DNA of 39,782 nucleotides from a virus (Duplodnaviria; Heunggongvirae; Uroviricota; Caudoviricetes): IMG/VR virus record IMGVR_UViG_2687453623_000005; one strand, 5' to 3'. Shown piece by piece: positions 1 to 8,981 of this stretch (position 1 is its first letter; each line of letters starts with the position of its first letter). The notes under the pieces were generated by a model. It saw only the letters and a program-made list of their open reading frames with translations, ran no database searches and was not told where the DNA came from. The position numbers and the translations under genes were made by a program.

Positions 1-870
1 CTAATCGATGGACAGTTTATGGACACTTTCAGCCAGCGGATTAAAGTTGATCGCGTCCAGTAAAAAGTCCGGCGAAAAATGAGCGTACGTCATTGTTTGC
101 TGAATCGTTGCGTGCCCCAGGATTCGTTGCAACGTAACAATATTTCCGCCATTCATCATAAAGTGTGTGGCAAATGTATGACGCATGACATGCGTAGCCT
201 GCCCCTTCGGCAAATCCGGTTTCACCTCCTGAAGAATCTCCCGGAACTTCAGATAATCAACCTGATACAATAACCCCGTTCGACGGGTTTTAATCAGAGG
301 CACGACCGAATCCGCCACAGGAACCGAACGGGATTTTCCGTTTTTGGTGTTAAAGAACGTCACCCGGTTGCCAACGATATGCTCTCCACGTAGTTCCGAT
401 GCTTCACTCCATCGGGCACCAGTAGAAAGACACAGAATGGCAACACGACGCACATCACCCTCCAGTCGCTCAAGAAGCCGTTCAATCTCATCATCAGAAA
501 GAAAGGCCATCTCTGTGTTCTGAACTTTCAGTTTTCGTATACCGCGTACAGGGTTCGCGTTGTGAAAGACCTCAGCTTCAATCAGCACCGTGAACATGGT
601 AGACAGTACGCATAAGTCACGATTAATACTGGACGGCATTAATCCGGCCTGTAATTTCTCTGACCGATATTCAAGCATAAATTTTCGCGTCATCTGACTG
701 GCGCGAGGATCTCCCATTTCACGAACAACCTTCCCTAGCCTAACCCTGTAGCTATCCCCGTAAGCCTGATTACGCCCATCAAGCATCCACCACGCATCAA
801 GCAGCTCTGATAATCGCCGCTGATCAGCTGGCTTAGCCTGCCATGGCTTGTCATGAAAGTTCTGTAACAC
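1..870 (-). CDS. int: Tyrosine integrase, P2 Int family (in-frame C-terminal 289-codon segment; N-terminal 30 codons lie out of frame at 900..992)
   Basis: Translation aligns with P2 Int over the catalytic region. Upstream fragment MSIKQLKDGRYQVDVRPQ matches the P2 Int N-terminus but is in another frame. Confidence 0.9.
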   Translation of the reverse strand: MLQNFHDKPWQAKPADQRRLSELLDAWWMLDGRNQAYGDSYRVRLGKVVREMGDPRASQMTRKFMLEYRSEKLQAGLMPSSINRDLCVLSTMFTVLIEAEVFHNANPVRGIRKLKVQNTEMAFLSDDEIERLLERLEGDVRRVAILCLSTGARWSEASELRGEHIVGNRVTFFNTKNGKSRSVPVADSVVPLIKTRRTGLLYQVDYLKFREILQEVKPDLPKGQATHVMRHTFATHFMMNGGNIVTLQRILGHATIQQTMTYAHFSPDFLLDAINFNPLAESVHKLSID

Positions 871-1061
871 ATACTTCTCAAACTCCTGAGCCTTTGATTT
901 CAGGGCAAAGATTTTTCGAATCCGCTTTCCTTCCGCCCCTGCGGTCTGACATCGACCTGATAACGTCCGTCTTTGAGTTGCTTAATCGACATGATTAGCC
1001 CCTCCAACGGATAAATTAACTAAACACTCCTTGCGATATGTAATTCGCTCAATGTGTAGAG

Positions 1062-1403
1062 TCAGCCAACATTGCGGCCTGATCGGGGTGATTTTTGGGT
1101 AATACCGATTGAAACCTGATCGCCCTCCGACTGAATAGATCCATCAAGAGAGAGAGCCGGAGCAATCTGCCCGGCGACAGGTAGCGTCTTATCTTTTATT
1201 AGCCACAGCATGTATTTTTCAAAGCGATCGACTTGCAGAACCGCCTCAACGATTTTTGCTCTAGCGTTCTTTTGCCCCGATTCGTAATTCCTTATGGTTG
1301 CCAAAGACAACCCAGTAATATCCGCAAACTGCTTTTGTGTTAACCCTTCCGCCTTACGTATCTGACGTAACTTTTTTGCGTAGTCTATTGACAAGATAAC
1401 CAT
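1062..1403 (-). CDS. C: Immunity repressor, P2 C-like (HTH); ATG start at 1403, the ORF track extends to a TTG at 1457
   Basis: C-terminal GQIAPAL motif and HTH segment LTQKQFADITGLSLATIRNYESG resemble P2 C. Divergent from the cox-like gene. Confidence 0.8.
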   Translation of the reverse strand: MVILSIDYAKKLRQIRKAEGLTQKQFADITGLSLATIRNYESGQKNARAKIVEAVLQVDRFEKYMLWLIKDKTLPVAGQIAPALSLDGSIQSEGDQVSIGITQKSPRSGRNVG

Positions 1404-1424
1404 TTGAGTATTAACCTCTCGCAC

Positions 1425-1448
1425 AAAGATAACCTTTTGGTTATCTTT
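1425..1448. promoter_or_regulatory. Candidate operator: 10-bp inverted repeat AAAGATAACC-N4-GGTTATCTTT in the C/cox divergent control region
   Basis: Inverted repeat seen directly in sequence, 22 bp upstream of the C ATG and 60 bp upstream of the cox-like start. Confidence 0.4.
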
Positions 1449-1507
1449 ACAAGCCAAAACAAACCATCACAAGGCGCGACAAGCGCACCAACGCAAGAGG
1501 ATAACAA

Positions 1508-2029
1508 ATGCGGGACTTCATTGCCGATAAAGAGTTATCTGACCACCAACCACTTCAGGAAAGTGACGCACTCAGCGGATCCATTGATGCCGCCAACGAC
1601 GACGAGCACGAAGAAAACAAGAAAAAGCGTTCCTACAAAAAAGGAGCGACTTTGCGGCTGGATGGTCCGATCGCCGGGCTTTGCTCTCTGGAAAAAGGCG
1701 CGGCATATATTGGGCTAACAAAATCTGCACTGCGCGTAGCCATTCATCGCGGTCAAATGCCGGGACACAAGACGCGCACAAACCCGGAAGATGAAAACTC
1801 AGACGGAGTATGGTGGTTTAACGCCAAAGAGTGGGACAAGTTGGCTGATGAGCTACCAGAGCACGAGCCCCCAGAATGGCACAACTGGAAAAGTTACTGG
1901 ACGTATGACCGCCAGAAAAGGAAGTTCTCTCCAGCTAATAAAGAAGACTGCCAGACCATTAACGGTAAGCGAGTTTATACAGGCAGAAGCTCAAAACTGG
2001 ACCAACTCAGAAACAACAGAGGCAACTAA
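1508..2029 (+). CDS. Cox-like excisionase/regulator with an acidic N-terminal extension
   Basis: Position divergent from C. Central HTH-like segment LTKSALRVAIHRGQMP followed by W-rich region resembles Cox/Xis proteins. N-terminal 60 aa are acidic and atypical. Confidence 0.5.
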   Translation: MRDFIADKELSDHQPLQESDALSGSIDAANDDEHEENKKKRSYKKGATLRLDGPIAGLCSLEKGAAYIGLTKSALRVAIHRGQMPGHKTRTNPEDENSDGVWWFNAKEWDKLADELPEHEPPEWHNWKSYWTYDRQKRKFSPANKEDCQTINGKRVYTGRSSKLDQLRNNRGN

Positions 2030-2033
2030 TCGT

Positions 2034-2456
2034 ATGAAAACAAACACGTCAGATTTCACAATAACTATTTCAAAAAATGACCAAGCATTAATTGATAACC
2101 TGAAATACCTTGCGGAAAAACATAATAACGGACGAATTGCAATTAATTTACGACACATCACAGGAGTAACAATTGTAACCAGTTACTGGCATCTATATCT
2201 AATCGCTAAATCAGTACTTGAAAACAAAGATTCTGTTGTCAATGGAAGAGATATAGATACTCTTCCTGCACAAATCAAACCGATAGCCTATCAATTGCGT
2301 AATCGTTTTAAAAATGAAGGTGGGATTATATTTGACTTTCCCGCAGCTGTAGCCGTGAGCTTCTCTCGGGGGGATATACTTCACTCATTTCGTTTTGCTC
2401 TATCAGGTGACGAGACATTATGGCAGCTAGAAGATGCCGGGAGCAGCCCGGCATAA
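2034..2456 (+). CDS. Hypothetical protein, 140 aa, low-GC accessory gene
   Basis: ATG at 2034, in frame with track ORF 1791..2456. AT-rich relative to flanks. Confidence 0.5.
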   Translation: MKTNTSDFTITISKNDQALIDNLKYLAEKHNNGRIAINLRHITGVTIVTSYWHLYLIAKSVLENKDSVVNGRDIDTLPAQIKPIAYQLRNRFKNEGGIIFDFPAAVAVSFSRGDILHSFRFALSGDETLWQLEDAGSSPA

Positions 2457-2462
2457 ATCAAA

Positions 2463-2654
2463 TTAAAAATCAACCAGTTGTGTGACAGGTGGGTATTTAC
2501 GCTGAATTTTGTCAGTTACTAACGCCAGTAATATATGAATCTCTGTGTTTAATGCGTCTTTATCACCCGTCGTTTTTACCCTGGGAGGGTTAATGTTATC
2601 CAGAGCAGCACTAAGTTCACTCAACAAATTAACAACTTTTTTATCTTCTGACAT
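2463..2654 (-). CDS. Hypothetical small protein, 63 aa, convergent with preceding gene
   Basis: ORF track only; same AT-rich patch. Confidence 0.35.
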   Translation of the reverse strand: MSEDKKVVNLLSELSAALDNINPPRVKTTGDKDALNTEIHILLALVTDKIQRKYPPVTQLVDF

Positions 2655-2791
2655 GAAAACCTCTTAACAATTTAATTAAACATAAGCCAGGACCTGAACC
2701 GGCCAGTCCAAGTCCTAGACACACAAAAAAAATACCACAAATCAATACAAGGTGACACGAGTACACCTTACCGAAGGTACAGAGTTTTAAT

Positions 2792-3142
2792 ATGAAACTA
2801 CAGCGCAATTCTTCACAGCAGCGCTTCCGCAACGGTGCGGAACGCCATGCTAACCGTTTCGCTACCAGTGCATCACGTAGCAACTCTCGCTACAGCCTGA
2901 GCGAAACACACGCAACGCCGGATGGCTACCCAGTAAAACAAATTGGTGAACACACTTGGCTGATTGAAAAAGCAGGAATCGTGGTTCACAGATGCCAGCG
3001 CAACCCATTTACCGGAAACCGCATTTTTGCACTGAGCAACGGCGACAATCAGTTCGGGCAGGATTTCACATTATACGAAGCACTTCGCACGGTTGATCGT
3101 CTGCTTCACGGGCAAAGTTTTATTAAACAGGCTGATTTATAA
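2792..3142 (+). CDS. Hypothetical early-region protein, 116 aa
   Basis: ORF track; co-oriented with early operon. Confidence 0.5.
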   Translation: MKLQRNSSQQRFRNGAERHANRFATSASRSNSRYSLSETHATPDGYPVKQIGEHTWLIEKAGIVVHRCQRNPFTGNRIFALSNGDNQFGQDFTLYEALRTVDRLLHGQSFIKQADL

Positions 3143-3152
3143 CAGGTGCTTT

Positions 3153-3431
3153 ATGACCAAAGAGCATGCACAAGGTGTATTTATCCGTTTTATTGATTTT
3201 CGCGGTGAACTGTTATTACGCGCATCAGCCATTGACGGAGTTGTTCCATCCGAAAAAAATGCAGCTACTTACGTTTATCTGAACGGCACGCGCCTGACCG
3301 TAGAACTTCCGTACCAGACTGTACACGAAATCATTAGCGAAGCGGAAAAAGCACGTAAGACTAATGGCGATGAACCCTATATCGAAATTATTTGTATGGA
3401 TTCAGAAGCAGAAATTCAGAAAGCAGATTAA
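3153..3431 (+). CDS. Hypothetical early-region protein, 92 aa
   Basis: ATG at 3153, in frame with track ORF 3093..3431. Confidence 0.5.
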   Translation: MTKEHAQGVFIRFIDFRGELLLRASAIDGVVPSEKNAATYVYLNGTRLTVELPYQTVHEIISEAEKARKTNGDEPYIEIICMDSEAEIQKAD

Positions 3432-3442
3432 AGGGCGTTGCG

Positions 3443-3685
3443 ATGGGCAAAGAATATAAAACTCTCATTAACAAAGCACTTGAGCGTTTTTATTTTCGCT
3501 TAAGTGCATCAGGCGCTCATGCTGAACGTGCAGCCCGTGACTCATTGACCAGGGCAATCCGGAGTCTGTATGACGTGGCTTTTTACGCTGATGATCTGGA
3601 TGCACTTAACGAACTTTCCGAGCTGATCTGTGCCGCAGAATGCGGGGAACATATTGAACCGTATAAGCTGGGGAATATCGCATGA
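3443..3685 (+). CDS. Hypothetical early-region protein, 80 aa
   Basis: ATG at 3443, in frame with track ORF 3392..3685. Confidence 0.5.
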   Translation: MGKEYKTLINKALERFYFRLSASGAHAERAARDSLTRAIRSLYDVAFYADDLDALNELSELICAAECGEHIEPYKLGNIA

Positions 3686-3795
3686 GTATATTTATGTCAT
3701 GGATTGTTCTGATTATTTCAGTGGTCTGCGCAATTGGCATTGTGCGAATTATTCATTCAGTAAAAAAGATTGAACGTTTTTTCACTGGTGAATAA
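3682..3795 (+). CDS. Small hydrophobic peptide, 37 aa (MSIFMSWIVLIISVVCAIGIVRIIHSVKKIERFFTGE)
   Basis: Below the ORF-track cutoff. Start overlaps previous stop as ATGA (3682..3685). Single predicted transmembrane helix. Confidence 0.35.
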   Translation: MSIFMSWIVLIISVVCAIGIVRIIHSVKKIERFFTGE

Positions 3796-3888
3796 CGATA
3801 CAAATAAAACATCAAATTAAATAAGAAAACGTGAAAACCATCCGTATTAACGGAGGTATTCGCACACGCAAATAACGGAGATACAAAA

Positions 3889-4299
3889 ATGCACGCAAAA
3901 GAAGAAGGTATCATCAGAGCACTGAAAGAAATTTCAAAGACAGAAAACGAAGTAGCGAAAAAAGCCATAGCAAATAATCATATGGACGTCGCAACCCACA
4001 CACTGATAGTCGCAAGAGTCACGGCAGAAGCAGCCGAAATTATCGCAAAACAGGATGCTGAACTGGCGGTTCTCAGAACACAACCAGTCACCGGACTGGA
4101 TTTGTCTAACACCGGACGCCTTATTTACACAATTGGCTCGGAGCTACAGCGATACACCATTATCGCCGGGTTACAGGATAAATACCTGATCACTCCTCAC
4201 CCCATAAGGGAATCAGAAATTCTGACAAATCTCCGCCTGATAGAGCGCTCTCAAGTCGCATTCATTGATGACGCACAGTGCACCGTATTTAACGCATAG
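3889..4299 (+). CDS. Hypothetical early-region protein, 136 aa
   Basis: ORF track. Confidence 0.55.
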   Translation: MHAKEEGIIRALKEISKTENEVAKKAIANNHMDVATHTLIVARVTAEAAEIIAKQDAELAVLRTQPVTGLDLSNTGRLIYTIGSELQRYTIIAGLQDKYLITPHPIRESEILTNLRLIERSQVAFIDDAQCTVFNA

Positions 4300-4322
4300 A
4301 GTTACTGGACAAAGGGGGCGCA

Positions 4323-4526
4323 ATGGCAATTAAGCATTTTCCCGTCGTTCGCTTTACCTCCAGAGGGCGCGAATACGAGGTCGACGAACGCCTGATTACC
4401 ACTATCGACAAACATCGTTCGGAAAAGGATGCACACCACATCTACCTCACTGACGGCACTTACTTCTGCGCCACTAATGTGGCGCGGGTAAACCTTATCC
4501 GACAGGTACAGGAGCCACGCAGATGA
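4323..4526 (+). CDS. Hypothetical early-region protein, 67 aa
   Basis: ORF track; stop overlaps next start. Confidence 0.5.
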   Translation: MAIKHFPVVRFTSRGREYEVDERLITTIDKHRSEKDAHHIYLTDGTYFCATNVARVNLIRQVQEPRR

Positions 4527-4789
4527 CCATTCTGGACTACATCGCTACTCATCCGGGGTGTAGCGGCGGAGAGATCGCCGCAGCACTGAATACTCCAACC
4601 ACAGCCATTAATGCTGAGTTACGCCAACTTTGGCGCGGCGGCTTAGTCATCAGAACAAACCGCAGCACAGGTGGTCGCGCTCGCAAAACTGGAGGCCAGG
4701 CTTCTTACCACGTAAACCCGATGCCGTTCGGGTGTAGCAATCCACTTACTCACATGTTTAACCAGCTACTGAAGGAAGCCAGAACATGA
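4523..4789 (+). CDS. Hypothetical protein, possible winged-helix DNA-binding, 88 aa
   Basis: ORF track; overlapping start and stop with neighbours. Fold assignment is a guess. Confidence 0.5.
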   Translation: MTILDYIATHPGCSGGEIAAALNTPTTAINAELRQLWRGGLVIRTNRSTGGRARKTGGQASYHVNPMPFGCSNPLTHMFNQLLKEART

Positions 4790-5085
4790 GCACCATCAAC
4801 CACCAGAAGCTACGCGAACTGGCATTTGCCCTGCAACGAATGGCAACACCTCAAAAATTACTGGCATTTCGCGCAATGCTCTCGCCGTCTGCTGCGCTGG
4901 CATTGCTGGATGAGCTGGAGCACGCCAGAACCACGGCTCCTGCCATTCGCCTGACGCTCCATCATGAAATCGCTGATTTCTGCGCGACATTGGAGGTGCC
5001 AGGCGAACCGGAAACGCCGGAAGCAATACAGCAAGAGCTGCTGCAACGTATTGACAAGGTTTTTGATTTTTTTCTGAACCAGTAA
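4786..5085 (+). CDS. Hypothetical early-region protein, 99 aa
   Basis: ORF track. Confidence 0.5.
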   Translation: MSTINHQKLRELAFALQRMATPQKLLAFRAMLSPSAALALLDELEHARTTAPAIRLTLHHEIADFCATLEVPGEPETPEAIQQELLQRIDKVFDFFLNQ

Positions 5086-5407
5086 GAAACCAGAGCATGC
5101 ACACACAAAAAAACCGCTTGCCATGCCGCAATCAGTCAGGTTACATTTCCGCTGCACCTCATAAAACGGGTGCCGGGTTTCGCAGCCTGCTGACTACACA
5201 AGCGCACAACCGCGCCAGCGGTTTTTTTGTGCGTACTGTATTGCCACGTTTTTTTCGCGTCAGAATTATGGCGGGGCGTACGGGGCCGACTTCGGTCGGG
5301 CCGGGTTCTTGTGTAGCCGGTACTGCGAACCTCGTACGTCTCGCCACCCACAGTTTCGCAGCTCTGGATGGTGAGTTTTCACAACTTACTACACAAGGGG
5401 CCACACC

Positions 5408-5638
5408 ATGGCAAACCGCAAACAGCACCGCGCTATCGCGGAGCGTCGTCACATCCAGACTGAAATCAACCGCAGACTTTCCCGCGCATCACGCGTCGCG
5501 CAAATCATGCACATCAATATGCTGCATGAGCGCAGCCACGCACTATCAAACATTTATTCCGCCTCTGTTTTCAGCTATCTGGCGGATGATCTGCACGAGC
5601 TTCAACAGCTCATCCAGCAGCAAAACAAACTCCATTAA
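5408..5638 (+). CDS. Hypothetical protein, 76 aa, basic
   Basis: ORF track; follows a 320 bp structured non-coding gap. Confidence 0.45.
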   Translation: MANRKQHRAIAERRHIQTEINRRLSRASRVAQIMHINMLHERSHALSNIYSASVFSYLADDLHELQQLIQQQNKLH

Positions 5639-5710
5639 TTCCTGTTCCGGGCCTTTCCTGCACCTTGCGGCGGGAGGCCTTCGCACATCTGTAACAAGAG
5701 GATTGCCGCA

Positions 5711-6076
5711 ATGATTCTCGCCAACGACTTTCTTGAATACCTGCTCAATACAGAACGTGATCTTGCCGCTCGCGTGCGTGATCGTTATGACATGTACCTG
5801 AAATCCCTGCCTGTACCGCAGCTCGCTGACGGAAAGATTGTTATTGATGGTCGCTACATGATTGACAGCCACGAGGGAAATTACAGGCTTTACCGCATTG
5901 AAGGTGGCACCCCGTCCGTTATTGGCATTTACCAGCGCCCATCCTCTGCAATCGTCGATGTGATTGCCGACAGCATCCGCATCACACATCGCCATGCCGA
6001 CACAGAAGACACCGTGCTGGAAATTCAGCGGCTGGCTACAGTCTGCCGCGACACCCTGAATGGCATGACGAAGTAA
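5711..6076 (+). CDS. Hypothetical protein, 121 aa, immediately upstream of gene A
   Basis: ORF track. Confidence 0.5.
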   Translation: MILANDFLEYLLNTERDLAARVRDRYDMYLKSLPVPQLADGKIVIDGRYMIDSHEGNYRLYRIEGGTPSVIGIYQRPSSAIVDVIADSIRITHRHADTEDTVLEIQRLATVCRDTLNGMTK

Positions 6077-6082
6077 ATCACT

Positions 6083-8905
6083 ATGACGGCAGAGTACCTC
6101 AGGGACTGGCAACAACCGCGCCACGCAGTGGGGCGTGAAGGAACGGGGATCCCCGCTCCTGAATCCGCGCTTTCCTCCTGGCTGGATGCCTACCGGGCAG
6201 AGAACGAGCGCCGCCAGGAAATGGCTGATGCGGCGTTCTCAGCCACGCCGCTGGGCAACCTGATTAATAAAAGCCTGGACGCACAGGAAAAACAGGACAA
6301 AACCATCACACTGGCAGGAGACGCCAGAAAACAGGCACGTGGCGCGGTGGATGAAGCCATGGCCTCGCTGCGCCTGCTGCCGTCCTATCTGCGCGATCCG
6401 CTTATTCGCCACCTCTCCTTCCTGCGCAAAAAACAGGAAGCCGATCGCCGGAAAGGCAAAAAGAGCTGGCAGGCGGAACGCTATGCACGCGGAACCCTGC
6501 GCAAAATATTCGAACGTCTGGATAGCACTGACGGACGCTGGCTGACACCGGGTTATCGCTCCCTTGCCGGACGCGAACGCCTGGACGATTTGCTTTACCT
6601 GCCGCAGCTCAACAAACACCAGATACAGACGCTGGCCACCATGACGGCGGCGATGTTCAGCAGCACCTTCGAAAAACTCTGCGATGGCTTTGGCGCGACC
6701 GATGGCGAGCTGACCATGGATGTAACCCTGAAGGCGTATCAGATGCTGGCCCGCATGGCGTTACACCTGCACGCCATGCCTCCACATTATGACGCACTGA
6801 CAACAGACAAAGACCGGAGGAACGAACCGGACACGGAGCTGCTGCCGGGCGCAATCCTTCGCCTGACCTGTGCGGAATGGTGGAAACGCAAACTGTGGCT
6901 GTTACGTTGCGAGTGGAGAGAAGAACAACTCCGCGCCGCCTGTCTGGTTTCCAGAAAAACATCACCCTATCTGAGCCAGGACGCGTTAAGCGAGTTTCGC
7001 GCACAGCGCGAGAAAACACGCGATTTCCTGAAAAGTTTCATGCTGGAAAATGAAGACGGGTTCACGATTGATCTCGAGACAGTGTATTACGCGGGAGTAA
7101 GTAACCCGGTTCACCGTAAGGCAGAAATGATGGCCACCATGAAGGGACTGGAACTTCTGGCCGAAGCCCGTGGCGACAAAGCGGTGTTTCTGACTGTCAC
7201 CTGCCCGTCAAAATACCACGCCACAACGGAGAACGGTCATCCGAATCCCAAATGGAACGGGGCCACAATGCGCGACTCCAGCGATTACCTGGTTAACACG
7301 TTTTTTGCGGCGGTCCGCAAAAAACTGAACCGCGACGGCCTGCGCTGGTATGGCATCCGCACGGTGGAGCCTCATCATGACGGCACCGTGCACTGGCATA
7401 TGATGGTCTTTGCACATCCGGAAGAAATCGACACCATTGTGTCCCATACCCGCGATATTGCCATTCAGGAAGACCGCCACGAGCTGGGCAATGATATTAC
7501 TCCGCGCTTTAAGGTGGAGTATGTCGACGGCTCAAAAGGCACGCCAACCAGCTACATCGCCACCTACATCGGAAAGAACCTGGACAGCCGCGCCGTGGAT
7601 GGCATCGACCCGAAAACGGGCAAGCCACGCGTGGACCACGAAACCGGAAAATCAATGGCCGAGAGCGTGGAGCGCGCCATCGGCTGGGCGCGCCTTCACC
7701 GGGTCCGTCAGTTCCAGTTCTTTGGCATCCCCTCCCGTCAGGTGTGGCGTGAACTGCGCCGCCTTGCCAGCCAGATGGCACGCAATCCGGAAGGCCCGCA
7801 ACGGCTGAAAGATGATGCAATGGATGCGGTACTCGCTGCCGCCGATGCCGGGTGTTTTGCCACCTACATTGAAAAACAGGGTGGCGTGCTTGTTCCACGC
7901 AAGGACTACCTGATTCGCACCGCCTACGACCTCGCAGATGAGCTGAACGATTACGGCGAACAGAGCGTACAGATTTACGGGATCTGGTCACCACTCATCG
8001 GGGAATCCTCCCGTGTGTGCACGCATCCGGATAACTGGAAGCTGGTAAGACGTAAACCGGAAGCGGAAGACAGCGCCCGCGAAAATGGTTTTGACCTTCA
8101 GGGCGGCCCTGCCGCCCCTTGGACTCGTGGCAATAACTGTCCCCGTGTACAGGAAACGGACAACAACGGGACAGAACAGCCGGAAGAACGGCCAGCACCG
8201 TGGCCGCAGCTCCCTGACGGCGTTGAAGTGAACGAATGGATGCGCTCACTGAAACGACACGAACGCCGGGCGCTGATGCGTTCGCTTCGTGACAAACAGG
8301 CAAAAAACAGCAGCGATGAAATGCAGAGCTGGACACAGAGCCGCAAACAGCAGCGGCCTTTGCCTGATAACCACGAATTACTCGCTAAAGAATGGCGGGA
8401 GTCTGCTGAATCTCTCGGCCTGCATATCGGTGAACAACAGATGCAGCACCTGTTACGGGGCGGCAGTCTGTACGTTGACGGCAGCATCATTGCACCGCAG
8501 GGATTTGAAATTGTACGCAAACCGGATACCCGCCCGGACAGCCGAATCACGCAGCTCTGGCAGCGCCTGAGCCGTAATCATGGCGTAAGCAGCACGGAGA
8601 TCCGCCATAACCCGGTCGCCAGCTATCTGGCACAGCTGGGGGCATCAGACCCTGAAGCCGCCGCACGCCTGGCATCCACACTTCAGCAGGGCCAGAACAC
8701 CATGAAAACACCCGTTACCGTGCTTTCTGACATGCTGCGCGCCATCCGCGACGCAGAGCACGCACAGAGAATCAGTGAAACCACTGAACGCGCCAGCCGC
8801 AAAGCAGACCTGCTGCGGGGTGGCCTGACCAGTGGAAACAAAAAACAGACAGAAACGGGACTTACGAATCCCGTAAATGAGCAAAAAACGCGCAGCGATA
8901 TATGA
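6083..8905 (+). CDS. A: Rolling-circle replication initiator, P2 gpA family, 940 aa
   Basis: HxH metal motif (HWHMMVFAH) and paired tyrosines (SYIATYIGKN) typical of P2 A-type nickases. About 180 aa longer than P2 A at the C-terminus. Confidence 0.9.
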   Translation: MTAEYLRDWQQPRHAVGREGTGIPAPESALSSWLDAYRAENERRQEMADAAFSATPLGNLINKSLDAQEKQDKTITLAGDARKQARGAVDEAMASLRLLPSYLRDPLIRHLSFLRKKQEADRRKGKKSWQAERYARGTLRKIFERLDSTDGRWLTPGYRSLAGRERLDDLLYLPQLNKHQIQTLATMTAAMFSSTFEKLCDGFGATDGELTMDVTLKAYQMLARMALHLHAMPPHYDALTTDKDRRNEPDTELLPGAILRLTCAEWWKRKLWLLRCEWREEQLRAACLVSRKTSPYLSQDALSEFRAQREKTRDFLKSFMLENEDGFTIDLETVYYAGVSNPVHRKAEMMATMKGLELLAEARGDKAVFLTVTCPSKYHATTENGHPNPKWNGATMRDSSDYLVNTFFAAVRKKLNRDGLRWYGIRTVEPHHDGTVHWHMMVFAHPEEIDTIVSHTRDIAIQEDRHELGNDITPRFKVEYVDGSKGTPTSYIATYIGKNLDSRAVDGIDPKTGKPRVDHETGKSMAESVERAIGWARLHRVRQFQFFGIPSRQVWRELRRLASQMARNPEGPQRLKDDAMDAVLAAADAGCFATYIEKQGGVLVPRKDYLIRTAYDLADELNDYGEQSVQIYGIWSPLIGESSRVCTHPDNWKLVRRKPEAEDSARENGFDLQGGPAAPWTRGNNCPRVQETDNNGTEQPEERPAPWPQLPDGVEVNEWMRSLKRHERRALMRSLRDKQAKNSSDEMQSWTQSRKQQRPLPDNHELLAKEWRESAESLGLHIGEQQMQHLLRGGSLYVDGSIIAPQGFEIVRKPDTRPDSRITQLWQRLSRNHGVSSTEIRHNPVASYLAQLGASDPEAAARLASTLQQGQNTMKTPVTVLSDMLRAIRDAEHAQRISETTERASRKADLLRGGLTSGNKKQTETGLTNPVNEQKTRSDI

Positions 8906-8953
8906 AGCGCGCACAAAACAGGCAAAAACGGGATTTCAGAATCCCGTAAACGA
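8853..8953. repeat. Two 28-bp direct repeats (8853..8880 and 8926..8953), each with internal dyad ACGGGA-N8-TCCCGT
   Basis: Seen directly. First copy lies in the 3' end of A, second in the A/parM intergenic region. Confidence 0.6.
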
Positions 8954-8981
8954 TTAATTAATCAACATAAGGAAAAGCGAC

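Noticed and set aside
1791-2456. 221-aa track ORF
   Set aside because: The first third overlaps the cox-like gene in another frame; the real gene more likely starts at the ATG at 2034.
5097-5714. 205-aa plus-strand ORF across the early-region gap
   Set aside because: Ser/Thr/Arg-rich, runs through hairpin and terminator-like structures and overlaps two better ORFs (5408..5638 and 5711..6076) in other frames.
5546-8550. Several minus-strand ORFs of 90 to 192 aa inside gene A and its upstream genes
   Set aside because: All are antisense to strongly supported coding regions and have Arg/Cys/Ser-rich translations typical of spurious frames.
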